32,000 nt of DNA from positions 120,001 to 152,000 of the forward strand of contig NC_002939.5 in assembly GCF_000007985.2 (NCBI RefSeq). Direction: 5' to 3'. Positions 1 through 9,579 of this stretch are shown here, one piece after another (positions within the stretch are counted from its first letter, which is position 1; each line of letters starts with the position of its first letter). A program made the position numbers and the translations under genes. This stretch comes from Geobacter sulfurreducens PCA (GTDB taxonomy: Bacteria; Desulfobacterota; Desulfuromonadia; Geobacterales; Geobacteraceae). The notes beneath the pieces were generated by a model, which saw only the letters and a list, made by a program, of their open reading frames with translations, had not been told where the DNA came from and did no database searches.

Positions 1-833
1 GGTTCCAGGTCCGTGTCACGAGGCTTGAGAACGGCAGCCGTGGCCGGGTCGCCGTGGTCCATGAAAACATCTCCGAGGTGAAGAAGGCCCAGGAGGAAAT
101 TCTGTCCCTGAACCGTAGCCTCGAGGAGCGAATCAGGCACCGGACCCAGCAGCTCGAATGCTCTAACAGGGAGCTCGAAGGATTCTGCTACGCCGTATCC
201 CATGATCTTCGCTCCCATCTGGCGAGGCTTGAGGGCCTTGGCCGGGGACTGCTCGAAGACTGTTTCGCAGGTCTCGACAACCAGGCCCGTCACTATGCGG
301 AGCGAATTTGCCGCATCAGTATGGACCTGCGCAGGGCCATTGACTCCTTGCTGGACCTCAGTCGGCTCGCTCGGTGCGAACTTTCTAACGTAACCGTGGA
401 TTTGAGTGGGGTGGCGGAGCGGGTCGCTGAAGAACTGCACCAGTTGCAGCCGTTAAGACGGGTGAGTTTTTCCCTTGAGCCCGGCGTAATCGTGCGAGGT
501 GACCCGCAGCTCCTGGAAACGGTCATGCGGCACTTGATGGGTAATGCATGGAAATTCACCAGCCGCCGCGAGGACGCAGAGATAGCCTTCGGCTCGACCA
601 TGCTCCACGGTATGAAGACCTGCTTTGTGCGTGACAACGGCGTCGGTTTCGACATGAGGTATGCCGGCACTCTGTTCCAGCCATTCCAGCGGCTTCATGG
701 CCCTGCCGAGTTCGACGGCGCCGGGATTGGACTGGCAACTGTGCAGAGGATCATTCAGCGTCACGGCGGGCGCATCTGGGCCGAAGGAGAGAGTGGAAAA
801 GGTGCCGTATTTTTCTTCGTTTTTCCCGATTAA
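1..833 (+). CDS. Sensor histidine kinase, C-terminal part (5' end lies outside the window)
   Basis: The reading frame is open from base 3. It has an H-box (SHDLRSHLARLEG) after a coiled-coil segment, and HATPase_c N/G boxes (GNAWKFT, DNGVGFD, GAGIGLATVQRIIQRHGGRIWAE). Stop at 831-833. Confidence 0.85.
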   Translation, partial: FQVRVTRLENGSRGRVAVVHENISEVKKAQEEILSLNRSLEERIRHRTQQLECSNRELEGFCYAVSHDLRSHLARLEGLGRGLLEDCFAGLDNQARHYAERICRISMDLRRAIDSLLDLSRLARCELSNVTVDLSGVAERVAEELHQLQPLRRVSFSLEPGVIVRGDPQLLETVMRHLMGNAWKFTSRREDAEIAFGSTMLHGMKTCFVRDNGVGFDMRYAGTLFQPFQRLHGPAEFDGAGIGLATVQRIIQRHGGRIWAEGESGKGAVFFFVFPD

Positions 834-847
834 TCGATAGAGGTGGG

Positions 848-1240
848 GTGGTGGACACCAAGACGATACTACTTGTGGAGGACAATCCCGACGACGAGTT
901 CCTTGCGCTACGGGCGTTGCGGCGTCATGGGCTGCAGGACGTTGTCGTGGCCCGTGACGGAGAACAGGCGGTCGGCCAGCTCTTCGAGGCGGCCCCCCCC
1001 CTGGACCCCTGGCTCGTGCTTCTCGACCTCAAGCTGCCGAAGATGAACGGCCTTGAGGTCTTGCGCACCATTCGCAGCGAAGAGCGTACCCGGCATACTC
1101 CGGTCATCGTCATCAGCTCGTCCCAGGAGGAAACCGATGTGGTAAAATGCCGCGAACTGGGCGTTCTGGCTTATCTGACGAAGCCCATTGATGGTGAGAA
1201 GATCATGGCGCTTCTCGCGACGGCGGGCCTGTCATTCTGA
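848..1240 (+). CDS. Receiver-only response regulator (CheY-like, no output domain)
   Basis: 130 aa with a GTG start. Motifs are ILLVEDNPDDE, LVLLDLKLPKMNG (phospho-acceptor Asp) and PVIVISSS...KP. It sits 15 nt after the kinase gene. Confidence 0.85.
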   Translation: MVDTKTILLVEDNPDDEFLALRALRRHGLQDVVVARDGEQAVGQLFEAAPPLDPWLVLLDLKLPKMNGLEVLRTIRSEERTRHTPVIVISSSQEETDVVKCRELGVLAYLTKPIDGEKIMALLATAGLSF

Positions 1241-1300
1241 CCGGCTCTGCGTCACGGCCCTCCGCCTGCTCGCAGCTCGCAGTGGCCGGGTGCAGGCGGG

Positions 1301-1582
1301 CTATTCTCCAGCCTGCGGTTTCACCTTGTGACATTCAAGGCAGGCGGCATCTTTCACGCGGCGCTCCATCAGCGACGCCTTGTCCTTAGGCTGCCCCTTT
1401 CCCATGAGGCGTTCGCCGACTTTGTGGCAACCGAAGCAGCCCCGTCCCCGCACGGCCTCGTGCATTTTTACCATGGCCGGGTTTTTACTGTGACAGACGT
1501 TGCATTCGAAGGCCCCGGCCAGAGAAATATCTCCTGCCAGGAACCAAACCATCGCCATTGCCAGAACGAGATGCATGTTCAT
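1301..1582 (-). CDS. Small periplasmic triheme c-type cytochrome
   Basis: Three CxxCH motifs (CNVCH, CFGCH, CLECH) follow a signal peptide MNMHLVLAMAMVWFLAGDISLAGA. I chose the ATG at 1582 over the ORF-track start at 1612 because GAGG lies 8 nt upstream of it. Confidence 0.8.
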   Translation of the reverse strand: MNMHLVLAMAMVWFLAGDISLAGAFECNVCHSKNPAMVKMHEAVRGRGCFGCHKVGERLMGKGQPKDKASLMERRVKDAACLECHKVKPQAGE

Positions 1583-1634
1583 ACGTAACCTCGGGAGTTT
1601 TAGCCATACCATACCCTGAGTGGCTCCCCGAAGG

Positions 1635-1650
1635 TTTGACGTAAGTCAAA
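1635..1650 (-). promoter_or_regulatory. FNR/CRP-family-like palindrome TTTGAC-GTAA-GTCAAA upstream of the cytochrome c gene
   Basis: Perfect inverted repeat with TTGAC-N4-GTCAA geometry. Its centre (1642.5) is 29.5 nt upstream of the first base of a TATGGT -10-like hexamer (1613-1608, minus strand), which is roughly the -41.5 class II position. Confidence 0.35.
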
Positions 1651-1769
1651 GAGAAACCCCCTCCCGTTCAACAGCTTGAAAGAACGCAGGAAAAATACCT
1701 TCACAAACGGTGTCGAGTATGGTAACTATCACGAGTTTCCAGGACTGCCAACGACGAAGCGATTGAGCC

Positions 1770-2543
1770 ATGGCCAAAATAATCTGTATCGCCAATCAAA
1801 AAGGGGGGGTCGGCAAGACCACCACGGCCGTTAATCTGGCAGCATCCCTTGCTGCAGCCGAGAAGCAAACGCTGCTGGTCGACATGGATCCCCAGGGGAA
1901 TGCCGGCAGCGGTGTCGGTGTTGACAAGGCTGGGCTGGAGGAATCGGTCTACGACGCCATCATCAATGATGTGGACCCGTCGGGACTCATCGTCGGAACC
2001 GACCTTGCCCACCTGGATCTGCTCCCCTCGACCACCGACCTGGCCGGTGCTGAACTCGAGCTGGTCTCCATGCCCGAGAGGGAGCGCAGGCTCAAGGCGG
2101 CGCTCGCCCGTCTCTCGCAGCGTTATGACTATATCATCATTGATTGCCCCCCATCCCTGGGGCTGCTCACCGTGAATGCCATGACCGCCGCCGATTCGGT
2201 CCTGATCCCTCTCCAGTGCGAATACTACGCCATGGAGGGGCTCTCGCAGATTATCAAGACCATAAAGCTCGTGCAGAAGGGGCTCAACCCCGGCCTTGCC
2301 ATCGAAGGGATCGTTCTGACCATGTACGATGGCCGAAACAACCTGTCCCGTCAGGTGAGCGAGGAAATACGAGGTCATTTTGCGGACATTGCCTTCCAGA
2401 CGGTCATTCCTCGCAATGTCCGCCTCTCCGAGGCGCCCAGCCATGGTCGCCCCGTCATCCTCTATGACATCACGTCCCGGGGGGCGGTGAGCTACATGGA
2501 ACTGGCCCGGGAACTCATGACAAGGGAGGTCCGTCGTGGTTAA
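1770..2543 (+). CDS. parA: Chromosome partitioning ATPase ParA/Soj
   Basis: 257 aa with the deviant Walker A KGGVGKTTTAVNLAA. Full-length ParA-family architecture, followed directly by parB. Confidence 0.95.
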   Translation: MAKIICIANQKGGVGKTTTAVNLAASLAAAEKQTLLVDMDPQGNAGSGVGVDKAGLEESVYDAIINDVDPSGLIVGTDLAHLDLLPSTTDLAGAELELVSMPERERRLKAALARLSQRYDYIIIDCPPSLGLLTVNAMTAADSVLIPLQCEYYAMEGLSQIIKTIKLVQKGLNPGLAIEGIVLTMYDGRNNLSRQVSEEIRGHFADIAFQTVIPRNVRLSEAPSHGRPVILYDITSRGAVSYMELARELMTREVRRG

Positions 2544-3375
2544 AAAAACCGGCCTCGGCAAGGGGATGGCGGCCCTTCTTCCCGTCGTGGAAGAGGAAGG
2601 GAAGCGCTACTTCTCGTGCCCCATCGAAGATATCCGCCCCCATAAAAATCAGCCCCGCAAGACTTTTGTCCCGGAAAAGCTGGAAGAGCTGGCCGCCTCG
2701 ATCCGTGAAAAAGGTATTATCCAACCCCTGGTGGTCCGGAAAAAAGGGGATCACTACGAACTCATCGCCGGTGAGCGGCGCTGGCGTGCCGCCCAGAAGG
2801 CGGGCCTGCGCGAAGTCCCGGTGGTGATCCAGGATGTTTCCGAAGATACGGCCCTGGAGATGGCCCTCATCGAAAACATCCAGCGCGAGGACCTGAATGC
2901 CGTGGAGGAGGCCGAGGCCTACCATGCGCTCATGGAGAATTTCGGCCTCACCCAGGAGGAGCTGGCGAAGCGGGTCGGCAAGGACCGCTCCACCATAGCC
3001 AACTCGTTGCGGTTACTGAAGCTCCCGGTCGAACTGAAGAGAGATATCGTCGAGGAGCGCCTTGCCATGGGGCACGCCCGGGCGGTTCTTGCGCTTGATT
3101 CCGACGCCCAGATCAAAGAGGCGCGAGACGCTATCATCAAGGGGAATCTCACGGTCCGGGAGGCTGAGGGCCTGGTCAAGCGACTCAAGGCCGGAGCCAG
3201 GACCGGCGCGAAGGCAAAAACTGCCGATGTCCATTCCGCGGACCTCGTGGAACAACTCCAGCGGCGGCTCATGACCCGCGTGGTCATCCGGCGCGGTGGC
3301 CGGGGCGGAAAAATCGAGATAGCATTCGGCAACCAGGAAGAGCTGTCGAGGATTGTCGATATGCTTATCGCGTAG
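2536..3375 (+). CDS. parB: Chromosome partitioning protein ParB/Spo0J
   Basis: 279 aa with a GTG start overlapping the parA stop by 8 nt, and SD AGGGAGG upstream. Has the ParB box GERRWRAA and an HTH segment (QEELAKRVGKDRSTIANSLRLL). Confidence 0.95.
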   Translation: MVKKTGLGKGMAALLPVVEEEGKRYFSCPIEDIRPHKNQPRKTFVPEKLEELAASIREKGIIQPLVVRKKGDHYELIAGERRWRAAQKAGLREVPVVIQDVSEDTALEMALIENIQREDLNAVEEAEAYHALMENFGLTQEELAKRVGKDRSTIANSLRLLKLPVELKRDIVEERLAMGHARAVLALDSDAQIKEARDAIIKGNLTVREAEGLVKRLKAGARTGAKAKTADVHSADLVEQLQRRLMTRVVIRRGGRGGKIEIAFGNQEELSRIVDMLIA

Positions 3376-3378
3376 TCT

Positions 3379-3405
3379 TTTGCGGGGCACGGGGCAGCCC
3401 GCAAA
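3379..3405 (+). terminator. Hairpin after parB (weak terminator candidate)
   Basis: TTTGCGGG (3379-3386) pairs with CCCGCAAA (3398-3405) around an 11-nt loop. There is no U-tract, so function is uncertain. Confidence 0.25.
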
Positions 3406-3429
3406 GGCGAGGCAACCGGCATAAATCCC

Positions 3430-3458
3430 TTGACATGCAGGATAGCCTGTGGTAGCTA
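3430..3458 (+). promoter_or_regulatory. Candidate sigma-70 promoter of the atp operon
   Basis: -35 TTGACA (3430-3435), a 17-nt spacer ending in TGG (extended -10-like), and -10 TAGCTA (3453-3458). The -10 hexamer is weak. Confidence 0.3.
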
Positions 3459-3505
3459 ACGTCTGTTTACGGCCACGCCAGAGTATTTTTTTTTAATACA
3501 GCCGA

Positions 3506-3524
3506 TTTGTATACTGTATACAAA
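3506..3524. promoter_or_regulatory. Perfect 19-bp palindrome TTTGTATAC-T-GTATACAAA in the atp operon leader (candidate operator)
   Basis: 9-bp arms are exact reverse complements with a 1-nt spacer. It is preceded by a T9 run (3486-3494) and lies 30 nt upstream of the GTG start at 3554. Confidence 0.4.
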
Positions 3525-3553
3525 ATTCAGTCGGATCACGAACGGGGTGTAGA

Positions 3554-3979
3554 GTGATAAGTCTCGATCTTGCCTTTGTTATTCAGGTAATCAACTTCTT
3601 GGTTCTCATGATCATCCTGAACGTTTTTCTGTTCAAGCCGATCAGGAAGGTTATCGCGGACCGGAAAGCGCAGATCGACGGATCCAGGGAACGCGCTGCG
3701 GTAGTCGACAAAGAGGTGCAGGAGAAGATGGCCCTCTATGAGGCGCGCCTGCGCGATGTGAAGGCCAAGGCCGGTGCTGAGCGCGAGGTGCTGCGTAAGG
3801 AGGCCCAGCAGGAGGAGTCGGCGATTCTTGAGAAGGCCCGGAAGGAAGCTGCCGATTCCCTTGCGTCCATCAAGAGCCGGGTGGCCAAGGAAACCGTCGA
3901 TGCCAAGGAGTTCCTGAAGGAGCAATCCCGTTCCCTGTCCCTTGAAATCTGCCAGAAAGTGCTCGGGAGGAGTCTGTAA
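3554..3979 (+). CDS. atpX: F-type ATP synthase Fo subunit b-prime
   Basis: 141 aa with a GTG start. A single N-terminal TM helix (VIQVINFLVLMIILNVFLFKPI) is followed by a long charged coiled coil. It is the first of two tandem b-type genes. Confidence 0.85.
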   Translation: MISLDLAFVIQVINFLVLMIILNVFLFKPIRKVIADRKAQIDGSRERAAVVDKEVQEKMALYEARLRDVKAKAGAEREVLRKEAQQEESAILEKARKEAADSLASIKSRVAKETVDAKEFLKEQSRSLSLEICQKVLGRSL

Positions 3980-3981
3980 CA

Positions 3982-4602
3982 ATGGCCTACGCGTTTAAGA
4001 AAAACGGGCTCCTGAAGCCTTTTGTGTCGACTGCCGCGATCTGCCTTCTGGTGGCCGGCACTGTTGTACTCTGCCATGCCTCGGGTGGCGGGGAAGGCGC
4101 CCACCACGTGGATACCGGCAAGCAGATGAAGGATTTCATGTGGCGGGTCATCGACTTCATCGCTTTGGCCGGCGTGATTGTCTGGGCGCTCAAGAAGGCC
4201 AATGCCAAAGGGGCCCTGGCTGATCGCTCAGCCAATGTGGAAAAGGCCCTGCGTGAGGCCGAAGAGGCGCGGACCGCTGCCGAGAAGAAATTCGCCGAGT
4301 ACAGCGAGAAACTTGAAAAAGCCAATCAGGAAATCGACGGAATTTATGCCGCCATCCGCAAGGAAGGTGAGCTGGAGAAAGAGCGCATTATCGCTGAGGC
4401 CAGAATCACTGCCGAAAAGATACGTGAACAGGCTACGGCGACCGCTACTCAGGAAGTTCTCAAGGCCCGGGCCGAACTTCGTGACGAAGCGGCGCGCCTC
4501 GCGGTACAGATGGCCGAGCAGGCTCTGCGCGAGGCTATCAAGAAAGATGACCAGGATCGGCTGGTTAGCGAATATCTTACCAAGGTGGAGAACTTACATT
4601 GA
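3982..4602 (+). CDS. atpF: F-type ATP synthase Fo subunit b
   Basis: 206 aa. The b-type TM ([20 protein letters not shown]) plus an Ala/Glu/Lys-rich coiled coil is preceded by an extra hydrophobic N-terminal segment of about 45 aa. SD GGGAGGAG is upstream. An alternative internal start at 4123 cannot be excluded. Confidence 0.85.
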
Positions 4603-5141
4603 TCTCGAACGCTATTGCACGTCGCTACGCCAAGGCGCTGGTGCAGCTCGGGGCCGAGGAGGGAGCGGTCGACCGGTTCGGTGTCGAGTTGGGGCAGTTC
4701 ACGGCCCTTCTCGACGGGAATGCCGACCTGGCTTCCGTTCTCAAGAGCCCCGCGTACCGCATTGAAGCCAAGAGGGAAATTCTCAGGGATGTCCTTGCGA
4801 AGCTTAATCTCTCCGGCACCGTCTCCAATTTTCTGCAGGTACTCCTCGATAGGGGGCGAATCGGCTTCACTCCCCAGATCGCGCACAGCTACGCAGTATT
4901 TGCCGATGAACTCTCCGGCATTGTCCGCCCGGTCCTCACGTCGGCATTTCCTTTGGACGATGCCCAGGTTGAGGGGATGAAGAGTGCCCTTGCCAAAGCG
5001 ACCGGCAAGCGGGTAGAGCTTTCGGCTCAAGTGGACTCCGCTCTCATCGGCGGAGTGGTCACCAAGATTGGCGACAAGGTATTTGACGGCAGCGTACGGA
5101 CCCAGTTGAACAGGATTCAGGATATATTACAGAAGGGGTGA
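4599..5141 (+). CDS. atpH: F-type ATP synthase F1 subunit delta (OSCP)
   Basis: 180 aa with a TTG start overlapping the atpF stop. Has the OSCP-family N-terminus IARRYAKAL and C-terminus [20 protein letters not shown]. Confidence 0.9.
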
Positions 5142-5149
5142 GAGGTTCC

Positions 5150-6661
5150 ATGGAAATCAGAGCCGAAGAAATCAGCGAAATTATCCGTAAGCAGATCAAG
5201 GAGTACGGCAAGGAGGTAGAGGTTGCCGAGACCGGCACCATCATCTCCGTCGGTGACGGTATCGCCCGTATCCACGGCCTGGACAAGGCCATGGCCGGCG
5301 AGCTCCTGGAGTTCCCCGGCGGGGTCTCCGGCATGGTTCTCAACCTCGAAGAGGACAACGTCGGTGCGGCGATCCTCGGTGAAGACAACGAGAACATCAA
5401 GGAAGGGACCACCGTCAAGCGGACCGGCAGGATCGTGGAGGTTCCGGTAGGCGAAGCCCTCATCGGTCGCGTGGTCAACGCCATCGGCCAGCCCATCGAC
5501 GGTAAGGGGCCGATCAATACCACCACCTTCGGCAAGGTCGAAGTCAAGGCCCCCGGTATCGTCAAGCGGAAGTCGGTCCATCAGCCGATGCAGACCGGCC
5601 TCAAGGCCATCGACTCCATGGTGCCGATCGGCCGCGGTCAGCGGGAGCTCATCATCGGCGACCGCCAGACCGGTAAGACCGCTGTTGCCATCGACACCAT
5701 CATCAATCAGAAGGGCGGCGACCTGATCTGCATTTACGTCGCCATCGGCCAAAAGCGTTCCACTGTTGCCCAGGTGGTGAGCAAGCTGCAGGAATACGGC
5801 GCGATGGATTACACCATCGTCGTATCCGCTTCCGCTTCCGAGCCGGCACCGCTCCAGTTCATCGCTCCCTATACCGGCGTCACCATGGGCGAGTACTTCC
5901 GGGACAACGGCAAGCATGCTCTCATCATTTACGATGACCTGTCCAAGCAGGCCGTTGCCTACCGTCAGCTCTCCCTGCTCCTCCGTCGTCCGCCGGGACG
6001 TGAAGCCTATCCGGGTGACGTCTTCTACCTGCACAGCCGTCTCCTCGAGCGTGCCGCCAAGCTCTCCGACGACTGCGGAGCCGGATCGCTTACGGCGCTC
6101 CCGATCATCGAGACCCAGGCCGGTGACGTTTCCGCCTACATTCCGACCAACGTTATTTCTATTACCGACGGCCAGATTTATCTGGAGAGCGACCTGTTCT
6201 ACTCAGGTGTGCGTCCGGCCATCAACGTCGGTCTCTCGGTTTCCCGGGTCGGTGGCTCTGCCCAGGTAAAAGCCATGAAGCAGGTTGCCGGTACGCTCCG
6301 TCTGAACCTCGCCCAGTATCGCGAGATGGCTGCGTTCGCCCAGTTCGGTTCCGACCTGGACAAGGCGACCCAGATGCAGCTTGCCCGTGGCGAGCGTCTG
6401 GTCGAGATCCTCAAGCAGCCCCAGTATCGGCCGATCCCGAACGAGAAGCAGGTTCTCGTCATCTTCGCCGCCAACAACGGCTTTGTTGACGAGTATCCCG
6501 TCTCCTCCCTGCGTCGCTATGAAAGTGAGCTCTACTCCTTCTTCGACAGCAGAAAGGCCGATATCCTCGCCGAACTGCGTGACAAGAAGGCCATTGACGA
6601 CGATCTGAAGGCAAAGATGATCGCCGCTCTGGAAGAGCTGAAGAAGGAATTTACTGCGTAA
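5150..6661 (+). CDS. atpA: F-type ATP synthase F1 subunit alpha
   Basis: 503 aa starting at the ATG at 5150 ([13 protein letters not shown]), with the purine-rich stretch GGGGTGAGAGG (GAGAGG 5140-5145) upstream. Walker A GDRQTGKT. The track start at 5138 overlaps the atpH stop and has no SD. Confidence 0.97.
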   Translation: MEIRAEEISEIIRKQIKEYGKEVEVAETGTIISVGDGIARIHGLDKAMAGELLEFPGGVSGMVLNLEEDNVGAAILGEDNENIKEGTTVKRTGRIVEVPVGEALIGRVVNAIGQPIDGKGPINTTTFGKVEVKAPGIVKRKSVHQPMQTGLKAIDSMVPIGRGQRELIIGDRQTGKTAVAIDTIINQKGGDLICIYVAIGQKRSTVAQVVSKLQEYGAMDYTIVVSASASEPAPLQFIAPYTGVTMGEYFRDNGKHALIIYDDLSKQAVAYRQLSLLLRRPPGREAYPGDVFYLHSRLLERAAKLSDDCGAGSLTALPIIETQAGDVSAYIPTNVISITDGQIYLESDLFYSGVRPAINVGLSVSRVGGSAQVKAMKQVAGTLRLNLAQYREMAAFAQFGSDLDKATQMQLARGERLVEILKQPQYRPIPNEKQVLVIFAANNGFVDEYPVSSLRRYESELYSFFDSRKADILAELRDKKAIDDDLKAKMIAALEELKKEFTA

Positions 6662-6682
6662 TCTAAGGACGGTCCTCACCAT

Positions 6683-7546
6683 ATGGCAAGCCTTAAAAGC
6701 ATAAAAAAGCGTATTGTCTCGGTCAAAAATACCAGACAGATAACCAAGGCCATGAAAATGGTCTCGGCCGCCAAACTGCGCCGCGCTCAGGAAAACGTGG
6801 TTGCCGCCCGTCCCTATGCGAAGAAGCTGGGGGAAGTGCTCCAGCGACTGGCAAAGAGCCAGGACGAGAGCGGGAGTCCGCTGATGCAGCAGCGTCTCAG
6901 CCAGAAGGCTCTCTTGATCGTGGTCACCTCTGACCGGGGCCTGTGCGGTGGCTTTAACGCCAATATCTGCAAAGCGGCGGAACGCTTCATCAAGGAAAAA
7001 AAGGCCGAGTTCGCCGAAATTTCCGTCACGACCGTCGGCCGCAAAGGGTACGAGTTCCTGAAGAACCGTCAGAAAATCCATAAAAACTATGGAAACGTTC
7101 TGGCGAATCTCAGCTACCCGGCAGCTGCTCTGCTGGCCCAGGAAATGATAGAAGGGTACATCGCCGAAGAATACGATGAGGTTTACATACTCTTCAACGC
7201 ATTCAAGAGCGTCATGTCCCAGGATATCACCTTGGAGAAGCTTTTGCCGATCGCACCCGAGGCCGCCTCTACAGAGGAGTATGCTCCCGAGTACATCTAC
7301 GAGCCTTCGAAGGGTGAACTCCTGGCGGAACTTCTTCCCAAGCACATCGAAGTGCAGGTGTTCAAGGCACTGCTCGAGTCGGTTGCGTCCGAGCACGGCG
7401 CCCGTATGACCGCCATGGACAGCGCGTCCAAAAACGCGACCGAGATGATCGGCAAGCTGACGCTCCAGTACAACAGGGCACGTCAGGCCGCCATCACGAC
7501 CGAGCTCATGGAGATTATCTCCGGTGCCGAGTCGATCAAGGGCTAA
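6683..7546 (+). CDS. atpG: F-type ATP synthase F1 subunit gamma
   Basis: 287 aa with the gamma signatures [30 protein letters not shown] and [13 protein letters not shown]. Confidence 0.95.
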
Positions 7547-7564
7547 GCAATCTCACGATTATAA

Positions 7565-9016
<1,452 letters not shown>

Positions 9017-9035
9017 GGATTTATATGACCTCGTC

Positions 9036-9059
9036 GCGGGGGAGGATGGTATCCCCCGC
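9036..9059 (+). other. Intercistronic stem-loop between atpD and atpC
   Basis: GCGGGGGA (9036-9043) pairs perfectly with TCCCCCGC (9052-9059) around an 8-nt loop. No U-tract follows. Confidence 0.5.
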
Positions 9060-9076
9060 ATAAAGGACTACGATAG

Positions 9077-9493
9077 ATGGCTGAAAAACTGAAAGTCGAT
9101 CTGGTTACCCCTTATAAGAAGATCCTGTCGGAAGAAGTCGATGAGATCACGGCAACAGGTGCGCTGGGTGAATTCAGCGTTCTGCCGGGGCATGCCCCCT
9201 TTCTTACCTCACTGAAGATTGGGGAGCTTACCTATAAGAAAAGTGGGCAAATCGTCCATCTTGCACTCAACTGGGGGTATTTCGAGGTTGAGGACGACAA
9301 GGTTACGGTACTGGTTGAGACCGCCGAGCGTGCCGACGAGATAGACCTCGAGCGCGCCAAGGCTGCCCTGGGGCGCGCTGAAGCTGCACTCAAGAAGCTT
9401 TCTCCCGAAGACAAGGATTACCGCGTTATGGAAGCGGCACTGGAGCGTGCCCTTATCCGGATGCAGGTTGCCGGAAAAGCTGCGAGAAAATAA
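9077..9493 (+). CDS. atpC: F-type ATP synthase F1 subunit epsilon
   Basis: 138 aa. The N-terminal beta-sandwich (VDLVTPYKKILSEEVDEITATGALGEFSVLPGHAP) and C-terminal helical hairpin fit the epsilon family. It is the last gene of the operon. Confidence 0.92.
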   Translation: MAEKLKVDLVTPYKKILSEEVDEITATGALGEFSVLPGHAPFLTSLKIGELTYKKSGQIVHLALNWGYFEVEDDKVTVLVETAERADEIDLERAKAALGRAEAALKKLSPEDKDYRVMEAALERALIRMQVAGKAARK

Positions 9494-9513
9494 CCACCAT
9501 CGACAACATGCTG

Positions 9514-9544
9514 AAAAGAGCGGCTCTGCCGCTCTTTTTTTTTC
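9514..9544 (+). terminator. Rho-independent terminator of the atp operon
   Basis: AGAGCGGC (9517-9524), loop TCT, GCCGCTCT (9528-9535), then a T9 run (9536-9544). Confidence 0.85.
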
Positions 9545-9579
9545 ACCGGGATGCGCTTGAAACCTGCTATGATTCCGCC

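Noticed and set aside
1262-1299. CCGCCTGC...GCAGGCGG stem between the convergent response regulator and cytochrome c genes
   Set aside because: The 8-bp stem encloses a 22-nt loop and has no U-tract on either strand. That is too weak to call a terminator.
5138-5149. Upstream GTG start for atpA (MRGSM...)
   Set aside because: The GTG overlaps the atpH stop codon, and the sequence it would translate is itself the purine-rich stretch (GAGAGG, 5140-5145) lying just upstream of the ATG at 5150. Alpha subunits conventionally begin near MxIRAEEIS.
6203-7396. 397-aa ORF antisense to atpA and atpG (also 5117-6034 antisense to atpA)
   Set aside because: It spans an intergenic boundary of the real operon on the wrong strand and has no recognisable domains.
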